In this document: positions 1-11,039 of the stretch, in pieces | Position numbering within the stretch: the stretch's first letter is position 1 | How the letters are laid out: each line of letters begins with the position of its first letter | Assembly: GCA_965649765.1 (NCBI GenBank) | Contig: OZ287751.1 | Span: 66,650,001-66,714,000 of the forward strand | Length of the DNA stretch: 64,000 bases | Direction: 5' to 3' | Origin: Bispira polyomma | Taxonomy: Eukaryota | Made by a program: the position numbers and the translations under genes | The notes under the pieces: model-generated | What the model saw: the letters and a program-made list of their open reading frames with translations, nothing else | Told to the model about the DNA's origin: nothing | Database searches by the model: none

Positions 1-166
1 ATACTTTAGCACCGTCGTCTTTTTGTGTTTATGTTACTAAAGCCTTAAAGATGTGTATGTGAAGAATAAATTGAAAAAATCAATTCCTAGAATGTATATT
101 ATAATCCACAAATCGAATGAAGAATAAATATAATGATACATTAAATATTTCATTTTATGAAAGTTT

Positions 167-330
167 ATTTTGAAGCTACCTACCAATATTTGGGCGATTT
201 TAGAGCTACCTCCCAAGATTAAGACGATTTTACAGCTACCTCCCAAGATTTAGGCGATTTTAAAACTACCTCCTAAGATTTGGTCAGTTTTAGAGCTACC
301 TCTCAAGATTCAGGCGATTTTCCAACCCTG
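167..330. repeat. 30-bp tandem repeat (~5 copies) ending in a hAT-like terminus
   Basis: Unit GCGATTTTAGAGCTACCTCCCAAGATTTAG recurs at 30-bp spacing. It ends in TTTTCCAACCCTG (reverse complement CAGGGTTGGAAAA), which resembles a hAT MITE end. Confidence 0.7.
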
Positions 331-707
331 TATTTTGCACTCGTATTTTGTGCATTAGGTGAATTTAGTTGACTTCTCCCAGTCGCACGCGGAGGTAGGC
401 AATCGCCTCCGAGTTTTAGAATCAACCGTCTAGGTCACCACTTGCTCTCATACCTAGTTCTGAAGCTCAGAATGGTGCAGGAGTCTGATCGGCCATTTGC
501 TACCTCCCAGGGCAGACGGCCAGAAAAAAAAAAACCCTTGGAGGTCTGAATTTTAGAACTACTCTCATACAGTACCCTGCAATTATGACATAAATGATTT
601 ATGAAGGTCAACGGGGTTTCCGACGTACTTAAAAAGATTACGTTTATCGTAAAATACGGGTGTACGGTCGAAAACCCCATTGCGTCGAAAACATGATGCA
701 TACTCAC

Positions 708-763
708 TGAACCCGTGGAAGATCTCCTCGTTTACAACTTAAAAATAAGTCCTTGGTAGACAT
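708..763 (-). CDS. ABTB1: First coding exon of ankyrin repeat and BTB domain protein 1 (rest of the gene is left of the window)
   Basis: ATG at 763 reads MSTKDLFLSCKRGDLPRV plus 2 nt, followed by a GTGAGT donor at 707. This matches the ABTB1 N-terminus as I recall it (MGTSDLFASCRKGDVGRV). It is a 56-nt phase-2 exon, too short for the ORF track. Confidence 0.8.
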
Positions 764-924
764 TGTTCAGTCCCAATCGGTTACTAAATACTTTTTAATT
801 AAGATTATTACAAACTGTTCAGTTTACAGTGTTGAGTTTTTTTTTTTAGGTCTGTCGTTCTCCAATATTTACAAACAAAACCTCGTGACATAAATAACCT
901 TAATCTCGGTTCCTACTAAAGCTC

Positions 925-2880
925 GAACATGTCCAAGTGGCGGTGGCGTAAATGTGGCGTAGTGTATTTTAGATAGGCTACGCCACTGGTGACGTAGAAT
1001 GTCCAAGTAGGTGGCGTAAAAGTGGCGTTAATGATATATACAGCCAATGCAAGTTTATTTGGCCATAAAATCGCACATATAGTTACAAGTATGAATTTTT
1101 ATATGAAATAAATTCTGAAAACAGTCAACACATGTATATTGTCACATAAAATCGTACATTATAGTTATAAGTATGAATATTAAGAAGTATATTTATATAT
1201 GTAGAGATATGAATGAATAAACAAAATTCAACAACAGTCTTTACATGGGCCAGAGATATGGAGAAAAGCCCCATATAAAGATATATTTAAAACATAAAGT
1301 TAATTGACAATTAAAAATATAGACATTTTAGTATACTAGAATAAATATAACAAGGAGTGGGTGGGTGGGTCAATATGACTCCCTACTACCAACACTGTCA
1401 AATTTGATGACAATTTTTTTAAATGTCAAAAATGGTGCCTAAGTGGTGACAGATGAGGAGAAATATTGTAGTTCAAGCTACGCCAATTGATATTAACCAG
1501 TCCAAGTAACGCCAATTAATCCTTGTCCAACTTACGCCACTTGGTGCCCCTCCATATTTCCCCCTCCACTAATAATAAAGAGGTGCTGGCTTGAAATAAT
1601 CCTTAATTCTTAATGTATTCTTTGTGCATGAGTTGTTAATATTGCCTTTGTGACATAGGTGTGCCGTCCACATTCCATGTTTGTACAAGGTGAGGGTGAT
1701 GGGGTTGGGGGCGGAGAGGGGGGCGGGGGGGGGGTATTGAATTATGTCAATTGGATAAACTGTTTAGTACATTTGTGGGGAGGGCGTATTGGGGGGGGGG
1801 GGGGGGAGGCTTTGGGGGGCGTTGGTTGGACTTTATTGATGCATGTTAACAACATTTCATTTTTTTATTAATACCTGTTAATTGAATAAATCTTAGTTAA
1901 TTGACATCAGTTGAACTAACATAGATTCTTTCATGAATTATTTAGGCAATCATCCTCCCCTTCATACATGAAGTATAAACATCCAAATGTAATCATAATT
2001 TTCTTTACATTCTCTTCATAAAAAGTTAGTTTATTGAAATCTGTTGTAGTAACCAAATTCTTACATGTATTATCATATTTTTCTTTACACTCTCTTCATA
2101 AGAAAGTATACACACATAAACCAGTGGAATTCTATGTTAATTACTGTGTTGTGTCTCCAAAATAATAAAAAATTTGGTAATTAATGTTGGATTATTATTT
2201 TATCTGTAGTAAATTTGTGTCTCTTCATCTTCAAGAGAATTGTATTTATTTCAATATTATTAAGCTATTTATAAAAAAAGACATATTTGGCATTTTCTGT
2301 GAACTGCTCATTTAATATTGTTTATTTGAGTTAGGACTGGGCAGTATACTAAACTATAAATTAAAAAGACGTCAGCATTTTCCATAAACTGCTCATTTAA
2401 ATATTGATAAATAAACAGTATACATCTTTTAACAAATTAAACCCAAATCATGTAAATCAATAGTACAAATAACATTTAAATAATATTCAAACAATATTTA
2501 TGAAAACATACACAGTTAATGAGTTATAAAATGAACACATGTACATTATGGTGATGTATGGGGGTGATATATCTGACCACCCAGTCACTGAACTATGACA
2601 CCTATGCAAGCAATGTCTAACCAATTAACCCATATACACATAGAAGGCTACCACACTTTTAACCCCTCTCCATCCCCCCACTTCAATATATTAACACCAA
2701 TTAATCCTCGTCCAACCTACGCCACTTCTTACCCCACCCATTTCCCCTCTTTTTTTTGTGCCTCTTATTTAACCCCCCCCCCCCCCCCCCCCCCCTATAT
2801 AACCTACGCCATTCTATGCCACATTTGTCCAAGTAAGTCCAAGTTGGACAGTACAGTCCAAAGTTTAGTATGTACCCTTG
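925..2880. repeat. Degenerate foldback-like element with dispersed TGGCGTA/TACGCCA and GTCCAA motifs
   Basis: Motif clusters at ~930-1030 (mostly TGGCGTA), ~1475-1545 and ~2710-2860 (TACGCCA). G-tracts at 1700-1820 and a C-tract at ~2773-2795. Termini were not resolved. Confidence 0.4.
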
Positions 2881-3230
2881 ATCCCACTGGTGTTCAGAAG
2901 TTCGCGTGTATACTAAATTGAAAGTTTAGGTTGGTTTGGATTAGGGCTACCTAAACATAGTAATACTAAAAAAAACGTTATGCAATGGTAATTTTATGTT
3001 TGTACAGATCTGGACATTGATTGGAATGATTTTTTTTCGTTTTTCTTATAATTTTATTCTTTAAAAGTACCATTGTTTTTGTATTTTTACTTGACACACT
3101 GTTTTTTTATTGAAGTCAATTAAACCATACATTAATATACTACTAAAGTTGCACATTCTCCATTAGTGATCTTTCACACCAAACAATACACAGTGCTACA
3201 TTTAGTCATTGAGGCAATTTTTTTTAAAGT

Positions 3231-6200
3231 TTACAAAGAGAAGATTGGCTCCCACTTAGTCCAAGAAGTTTTAAATTTTTCTACCTTATCCTGCAGCTGG
3301 TATATTAAAAATTCATCAAGGTACAGCGCTTTTAATTTCAGCTTTAAAGCCTTCAGGGAGAGTCTTCCATTATGATTTGTGGAATCAAAAATATATTTCT
3401 TAACTGTCATAATTAAAGCATTAATAGGGACATTATTTTGGTCATTCAGCTGATAACCAAAGATTATTGTAAAGTCAGAAAAATTTACTGTAACTTTCAA
3501 GATTTTATTTATATGTTCTGCAATCAATTTCCAAAACTTTTTTATTTCAGAACATTCAACAAACATGTGCATCAAGGTTTCATTTTCCATATTGCATCTG
3601 ACACAATGTGTGTTGTCGACAACATTTAGTTTCTTAAGATAGTTTCTTTTAGCTATCAGTCTATAGATTAATTTAAGTTGAAACCAAGTCAGCGTATTAT
3701 TAGTAATTGTCTTAAAACAAATTCTAAATATTGCCCTCCAAGATATATCGTCAATGTTTGTTTTTAGATCAAAATTCCATTTTAGTTTCATGTTATGGTT
3801 GTTTTTTCTATTTCTATCCAAGCACTGATAAAAGTCTTGTGCACCTTTGCTAGATTTATACAGAATTTTCGAATGACCAGGGAGGAAGGGTCTTTTAACC
3901 AGATGACCAGTATTTGTGTTTTTTCTTTTGATATATTCTTCGACATTGAGTTTCACTTGATAATATTGTAAAAAATTTTGTTATCGAGCCTGTAAATATC
4001 TTTGAGTTCATCTAATGACAAGAAAGATCCCGATTGATTCAAAACATCAGAAATTATCGATATTCCGCTTTTAAACCAATCTGGTAGAATAAGGGTCCCA
4101 CTAGATATCTCACTATTAAACCATAAAGGGCTTGCCAGTGCCTCCTGGTCTGTAAGTGAATGCTGGTTAATCAACAATTCCCAGGACTCAAAAACCTCTA
4201 TCCAAAAGGTATTTTAATTTTCCCTTTCACATACTTTAAATACAAGTTCCCAAAAATATTGAAATTTTCAATCTTTTCATGTATACTGGCTTTAAAAAGG
4301 TCAACCCATGGGGAGTTTGCTTGAAGAAGTCTACGAAACCATGTGACCTTAAGAGAAGTTATAAATTTTACCAAATTTATCATTTTTAAACCTCCATTAT
4401 TGTTGTCCAGTGAAAGTACATTTCTGTTTATCTTGTCAGGTTTGTTATTCCAAATAAATCTAAACAAAATTGAGTTTAACTGGTCCAATACAGCTTCCTT
4501 TGGCATAGGTAAACTTAACAAAATATGGTTGAGTTTGGATAGTAGAAAGGTCTTTACGACTTATTTTACCCATTGGTGTCAAATTCCTTTTATTCCAGTA
4601 GTTAATACTGCCCTTGATTTCAATAATTTTTGAGTGGTAATTTAATTTCTGCATTTGATCCAGGTCAACAGAGAAGATCAAACCCAGAAGATCAAAAACA
4701 GTTGCTCCCCAATTGAAGGGGCGATTAGACAATTTATCTTTAGAATGTCTTTTCTTGCCAATCCATATTAGCTTAGTTTTATCGGTATTGATCCTTAAAC
4801 CTGAGATTGTTCCATATATTTCAAGTGTGTTTAAAGCTGCTTCAAAAGAGATATCGATCCCATCCAAGAATAAGGTCGTATCATCAGCAAATTGTGTCAA
4901 TTTAAATTTGGTATTACCTACACATAGACCTTTAATTTTAGGATTATTAGTTATTAAGAGACTTAAAACCTGTGCTGCTATTATAAACAAATAAGGTAAA
5001 ATTGGATCACCTTGTCTACAACCTCGTTGGATTTCAAAGAAGTCCGACATAAAACCACTTTGCAAGATTGTTGCTTTGATATTGTTATTAAAAAGGCGGA
5101 TCCATTTCCAAAATTGATGATCGAATCCTAAAAAGCTAAGAATATTGTACAGAAACTGCCAAGATATGAAATCGAAGGCCTTTTCAAAATCAATCAACAT
5201 AAGTAGCCCTGAAATGTGCCTGCTTTCCGCATAATGCATTAAATCGTACACTAATCGTGTGCATTCTCCAATATATCTTCCGGGAACAAAGCCATTCTGA
5301 CTATTATCTATCAAAAAATCCAAGACTGGTTTTATTCTGTTAGCAATAGCGGTGGAGGCTAACTTATACACTACTGACAGCATTGATAGTGGACGCCAGT
5401 TTTTAAGGTACTCTCTAGGTTTGCCTTTTTTTGGAAGGCAAGTAATTACACATTGCCTTAATGATAATGATAAAACACCTTTTTCAAAACTGAAGTTTAA
5501 TGCACGTAATAAACAGTTACCAAGTGACCTCCAGAAAACTTTGAAAAACTCTGCAGGAAAGCCATCAATACCTGGCGTTTTATTGTTTTTCATATGTTTC
5601 AAAGCATTACTTAATTCATTATAAGTTAGGGGGCCTTCCAAAGATTTACACTGTGCTACAGTAAGCTTTTTAGCCTGATAAGCACCAAGTAAAGTGTCGA
5701 GATCGATTTTTTCGAGTTGGTCATCTCTAGACTGAAACAGCTTACTGTAGAATATTTTTAATTCATTTAGAACTTCTTTCTGATATGTAGTTGTACTATT
5801 GAATGATCTGACCTGTAACCAGATTTGATATCTACGGCACTTTTTAAATCAGTCAAGGTTGATGTGACAATGATATAATCCAATCTGGCCTGTTTAATAG
5901 GATTTTTCCTGCGCCAAGTATAACGTCTCATTTCTGGATGAAAGTAGCGAAATATATCCACCAAATTATGTTTTGTTATAGTACTTAAAACTAGATTTCT
6001 ATTTTTTGGATTGTTCAACTTGGCGTAGTTGTAACTGTCCAAATCTAGGTCCAGAATCAAATTGAAGTCCCCACACAAAATTACATAGTCTTGTTCAGAT
6101 TTGTCTATATAGTTTTCAACTGATGTAAAGAATGGCTCATTTTCTGTGTTTGGAGCATATATATTAATTAATCGAATCTTAATATCACTTATTTTCATAT

Positions 6201-6510
6201 CCAGTATAATCATATTGGATTCCTCGTCTTTAATGACCTTAAAAATTTTGTATTCAAAATTGTTTCGTAGCAATATTGCCACTCCTAGCGCATTATTACG
6301 ATCACCATTTAGAAATATATCTCCATCCCAGTAATTCAAAATATTTGCCTCGTCCGATTTTACTAAATGTGTATCTTGCAAACACATTATATTTACCATT
6401 GTATTTTTTAAATAGTTTAGAACGTCATATCTCTTTTCCTTGCTAGCTAATCCCTGGCAGTTTAAGGATATTAACTTTAGTCTTTCACCCATTACATAAT
6501 TATTGTACAT
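3231..6510 (-). pseudogene. LINE ORF2 (APE endonuclease, reverse transcriptase, C-terminal zinc knuckle), disrupted
   Basis: Endonuclease motifs SLNCQGL, CLQDTH, NIYAPN, GDFN, YTW, RLDY, SDH. RT motifs KTPGIDG, KNWRPLS, DFEKAFD, GCRQGDP, QFADD. C-terminal CVRC..ETLMHMFVEC. Frameshifts near 4560, 4200 and 3960, and an internal deletion near 5785. Confidence 0.95.
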
Positions 6511-7129
6511 ATCAACCTATCACCATAAGTGAGAGCCTTTACAAAAATTACTTCTGGCATAGCTAAATGTTCGAAATGCCTCAGCAGAAAATGTAGCAAC
6601 ATGTTATTTATAGCAGCAGTATTTTTCGTACGATCACATACAATTCCTTCATACACATATGAAATCAATTGCAACTTATCTAGACTTGTAGCACAAACAT
6701 TGTAATAAAATATACACCTTTGACGTGTTTGAAAGATACAGTTGCAGTTTAATACTACTCTATATAGCTCAACGTTTTCAAAGTTAAAACAATGTAACAA
6801 ACTTGATGTAATAGAGGACATTTGCAAAACTTGATATAACATATATACACCTAAATATACAAAAATAAAAAACATAATTAAAGAAATAGTACTGACAGAG
6901 ATATATGTGAGTTACTGTCTATAATATAATAAGGCCAGATTCCTTATCAGGCATTTTTTAATTAAAATGTCATACTATTACTTTTAAAAATAAATGTTAT
7001 TGCCACCATCAGTATAGTTTAACTGTAAATGAAGCAGCATTACTTGAGTTAAGTCAGACCTACATGTACTTATATTAAAAAAAAAAGAAAAATACATAGA
7101 TACATTATTATAATTATTATAATATAAGG

Positions 7130-8590
7130 TTACAAGGCACTGTATAATTAATAACTACATAGATACAATACCAGCAGTTTGACTACAGGGCAATGTATAC
7201 TCTAAATCATTGTATGATTCGCAAGCAATGTTAATTCCATAGATACAATACCAGCAGTTAGGTTACAGGTCAATGTATCTTCCGAACTTCTGAACTGCGA
7301 ACCAATGTACTATATACTCTAAACCATTGTATTATTTATAAGCACTGTAAACTACATAGATTCCACTAGTTAGACTACATAGACAAGGCACTATATACTC
7401 TGAATCGTTGTATTATTTATAAGTACTGTAAACTACATAGATACAATACTACCAATTTGATTACAAGGCAAGATATAGTCTAAACCATATTATTATTTAT
7501 AAGCAATGTTAACTACATAGATACAATACCAGCAATTAGGTTACAATTATATCTTTAGAACTATAGTATTATTTATAAGTATTGTAACTACATAGATGCA
7601 ATATTTCCAGTTATGTTATAAGGCAATAAATACTCTAATCCATTGTATTATTTATAAGCAATGCTAACTACATAGATACAATACCAGCAATTAGGTTACA
7701 TGGCTATATCTTCAGAACCAGGTATTATTTATAGGTACTGTAACTACATAGATACAATACCACTATTTGAGTTACAAGGCGATATATATTCCAAAACTTT
7801 GTAATATTTATAAGCATTGTAAAATACATAGATAGAACACCCTCAATTAGGTTACAATGCAAACTATACTCAAATCCATTGTATTTTTAATGAGTACTGT
7901 TAACTACATAGGGGCAATACCAGAAGTTAGGTTACAAGGCAATATATACTGACTCCGACCATTGTATTATTTAAAAGCACCGATAACTGCATAGGTACAA
8001 TACCACCAATCAGGTTACAAGACTGTACAGTTGAACCCCTTTAAGTCGAAGTTCAAGGGACCAGGAAAAATACTTCTACTTAAGCAGGATTTCCACTTAA
8101 CAGGGTAGATTTGAAAGGGAAAGGCCTTCATGGGACTTTAAATTTGTCTCCACATAACAGGGAAATGACTTTACAGAGTTTTACTTAACAGGGTTCGACT
8201 GTATATACTCCGAGCCATTGTATTTTGTATAAACTACATAGATAAAATACTACCAGTTAGATTATACGGCTATATATACTCTAAACTACTATATTATTTA
8301 TAATAATATGTTTATATATATAACATAGATGCAATACTGCCAATTAGATTACAAGGAAATATATATATATATATATATGTATAATGATAAGGAAATATAC
8401 TCTAAATCGTTGTATTATTTATAAGCACTGAAACTACATAGATACCACCTGTTGGGTTACTTGAAATATATATTCTGAACCATCATATTATTCATAAACG
8501 TTATAAACTACATCAGATATGACAGATAGTTTCATTACCATACCGCCGAGCAGGTTGCAAGGCAATATATATATACTCTAAACCATTTTA
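7130..8590. repeat. ~80-bp tandem array (about 15-16 diverged units)
   Basis: The core AACTACATAGATACAATACC recurs with CATAG at 7158, 7238, 7355, 7436, 7516, 7591, 7671, 7747, 7827, 7907, 7990, 8237, 8324 and 8437. Confidence 0.9.
8028..8201. mobile_element. Tc1/mariner (pogo/Tigger-like) MITE inserted in the 80-bp array
   Basis: TIRs CAGTTGAACCCCTTTAAGT and ACTTAACAGGGTTCGACTG, with TA on both sides. Confidence 0.85.
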
Positions 8591-9917
8591 CAGTGTATAA
8601 TGTTTCACTTTTTATTATTTTTAAACTTCATTTTGTATAATAAGCAGCATGCATTGGCTTAGTTAGTTTTCGCAATATATAGATTACATATACATGTCTG
8701 GTGAAGCCAGTTGTAATCCAGTCGTCTATATTTTGTACATTGACATAAATTATCATATTTTACTAATCAGTATAATAGACTGTGCTTAAACTGTTACTTT
8801 TTACTATTCAATGGACTGTATATATATATGTAGTCAGATTGTTGAAATGTACTACACAAACATATCTAACATTAGGGATTACAAGTAAATCTGACTTATT
8901 TTGTGTGATGCTGCACTTCATTGGGTGTTAATGTTAATGGTATCTACATCCACTTAAATTGTTTATTTACTTCACAAGCATGTTAGCTATTCCGCATTTT
9001 ATTTTAGTCTAGTACTCATTTCTGCTTCACATATATATTACGTAAGCATGTGTGATCGAGATTATTGTAATAATAGACATGAATATTATGTATATACATA
9101 TAAATTGTTAAAAGTTCCCAATTACGTCACCAATTTGATGTAACAGTAATTTTGACCACTATATAGCTCTAGTTTTAATTTAGATACTCTATTCTGCAAA
9201 ATTTATTTTATACAGTCATGCCTGATTAGGATATTTATAATGCTGACATCATTTCTATGTACATAAACTTAAATTTTTAAATTGTTCTGCAGATTTACAG
9301 TACCAAGGTTAAATACAAGTTATCAGTTCGGTTACCAGTTCAATCTAGTCATGATTATATCAATTTGTTTTAAAATTCCAGTTCATACATTATACATTCA
9401 ACCAAATAATTTTGAATTACTCTTAACAGCATATATTGCAATACTGCAATAAAAATACAAAGAAAAGCTCATTTGTTTAGCTTGTATATTTAATTACTAA
9501 TATTTTATATGACTAGATTTTGAAGTTATATAATAAATGAGGTAAAACATTCAGTTGAATTATTCAACTCCTTTTTTAGTATAAGTTTGGGCGAGACATA
9601 AATACATTCGGTCAAATGGATATACTATATTCTAATCATCACTTTTTCATTTAGAAAGAGAAACAATTGTACAACAAATAATGGGTTTTTTAAATACCTC
9701 ATTTATTTATTTCACTGTACTTATATAGGCGCTTCCATCTAAATCTTAGTTATCTTAATCAAGAAAAAAAAATAAAGAAGAAAATAAAAAAAATTAAGAA
9801 ATACATAAGTGTATACCTATATACTCACATGTAAATATATACCCATAGTTACATGCAATTCATAAACTAACATGTGGTCTCCATATTAAACAAATGAAAC
9901 GATTAGGTTGAAAATCT

Positions 9918-10364
9918 CTACTTCAATGTCTGTCTAACCCTCATTAATGTCTTGCCTGCAAAATTCTTACCCTTGCACTTCTCTGGGTTAAATACACTAT
10001 TACTGCGGAGTGAAGCTCCACTTTCCCAGTATGAGTCTGTTGGGCTGGCCTCCACAAGCTGTGTATTGCCTGTACCAAGGAGAAATGTCTTTAAGTGTTC
10101 ATTCTGGCTAAACTTAGCATTCATAGCTTTATACATGTAGTCTTGTGATACTTTATTCCATTGTTCCGTGTTGAAACCCTCAACCTGTTTCCCAATGAGT
10201 TTTGCTTCTTCTGGGTTTTTTACTTCTAGTATTCTGTTTGCTGCCACTAAATCCTTAAAGAACATAGCTTTATGAAACATAAAGCATTGTTCAGAGCTTG
10301 CGAACAAATGTTCTCCCTCCTTAAACTCCGCTGGATGATGGTTGCTAAGGGGCGAGTATTTACT
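9918..10364 (-). pseudogene. NADAR (YbiA/DUF1768-family N-glycosidase) domain, N-terminally truncated
   Basis: The frame extends upstream of the listed ORF: SKYSPLSNHHPAEFKEGEHLFASSEQCFMFHKA...AKFSQNEHLKTFLLGT...LVEASPTDSYWESG...GKNFAGKTLMRVR. It has the NADAR hallmarks SN, SE..F...KA, AKF.Q..L...LL.T, LVEASP.D..W..G and G.N..G..LM.VR. There is no upstream ATG, and an in-frame stop sits at 10374-10376. Confidence 0.9.
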
Positions 10365-11039
10365 ATTTACTGTTTACTTCATAAAATAAGTTATATGACA
10401 CCACAATAATAAAAAAGGTCCAAGTTATTTGATAATTATTCTAAAAATGAAATAGTTTCTTCAAATTTCAAAATCAGAGTGGACATTAATTAGGACAGTT
10501 TTCTCGTTTTTTTTACTATCCTTCTTGATATTATCAATAAATACCAATGAAATTCTTGATGTTAACTAATAAATACAGATAAAATTATTCTAAATTACAT
10601 AATTGGGTATATTGCCCAATTTGCTAAAAATTGTGACAGTAAATTCAAAATAAACCGCGCAAAAAACAAATAGGCATCCATATTGTCCTATTTTTGATTA
10701 GCAATGAATAAAATGCCTTTAAAATATTTGTTATTGTTTAACAGGGACATCTATTGGACATAATTAATATATATATATACGGTTTGTTATAAAATATATG
10801 CCAGTGCATTTTTTTTTACATTTGTTTTCTTTAAGATATAACCTTGCAATTTACTGTATAATCATTCCAATTAATGTCGATTCCAATCAATGTCCACGGG
10901 TGTAAGTGTTGATACTTAAGAAATGACGCATACCTCATGAATAGGCTATATAACCCAACCATCAAGGAAGCCAAATGATGTAAATGTCAACTTGAATGAC
11001 TATTAGCTGAAAAATTATAGAATAGAAATTATTGTGAAT

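Larger units (their letters stand above)
3030..10364 (-). mobile_element. L1/Tx1-clade LINE, 5'-truncated; proposed to include a NADAR-bearing ORF1 end and a long inter-ORF spacer
   Basis: A-rich tail (T-run from 3030) and AATAAA (3053-3058, minus strand). ORF2 pieces span 3231-6510. A co-oriented intronless NADAR fragment lies at 9918-10364. The ORF2 and tail are secure; the extension to 10364 is inferred and no TSD was found. Confidence 0.6.

Noticed and set aside
6492-6875. 127-aa ORF directly upstream of ORF2 as LINE ORF1
   Set aside because: It has no coiled-coil, RRM or zinc-knuckle character. Its composition is that of random AT-rich sequence.
7130-8590. CRISPR-like array
   Set aside because: The whole 80-bp unit is homologous between copies, so there are no unique spacers. 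There are no cas genes and the context is eukaryotic.
9918-10364. Bacterial contamination or a recent horizontal transfer of ybiA
   Set aside because: It is embedded among eukaryotic LINEs and SINEs with no operon, RBS or start codon. An ancient bacterial or viral origin of the domain cannot be judged here.
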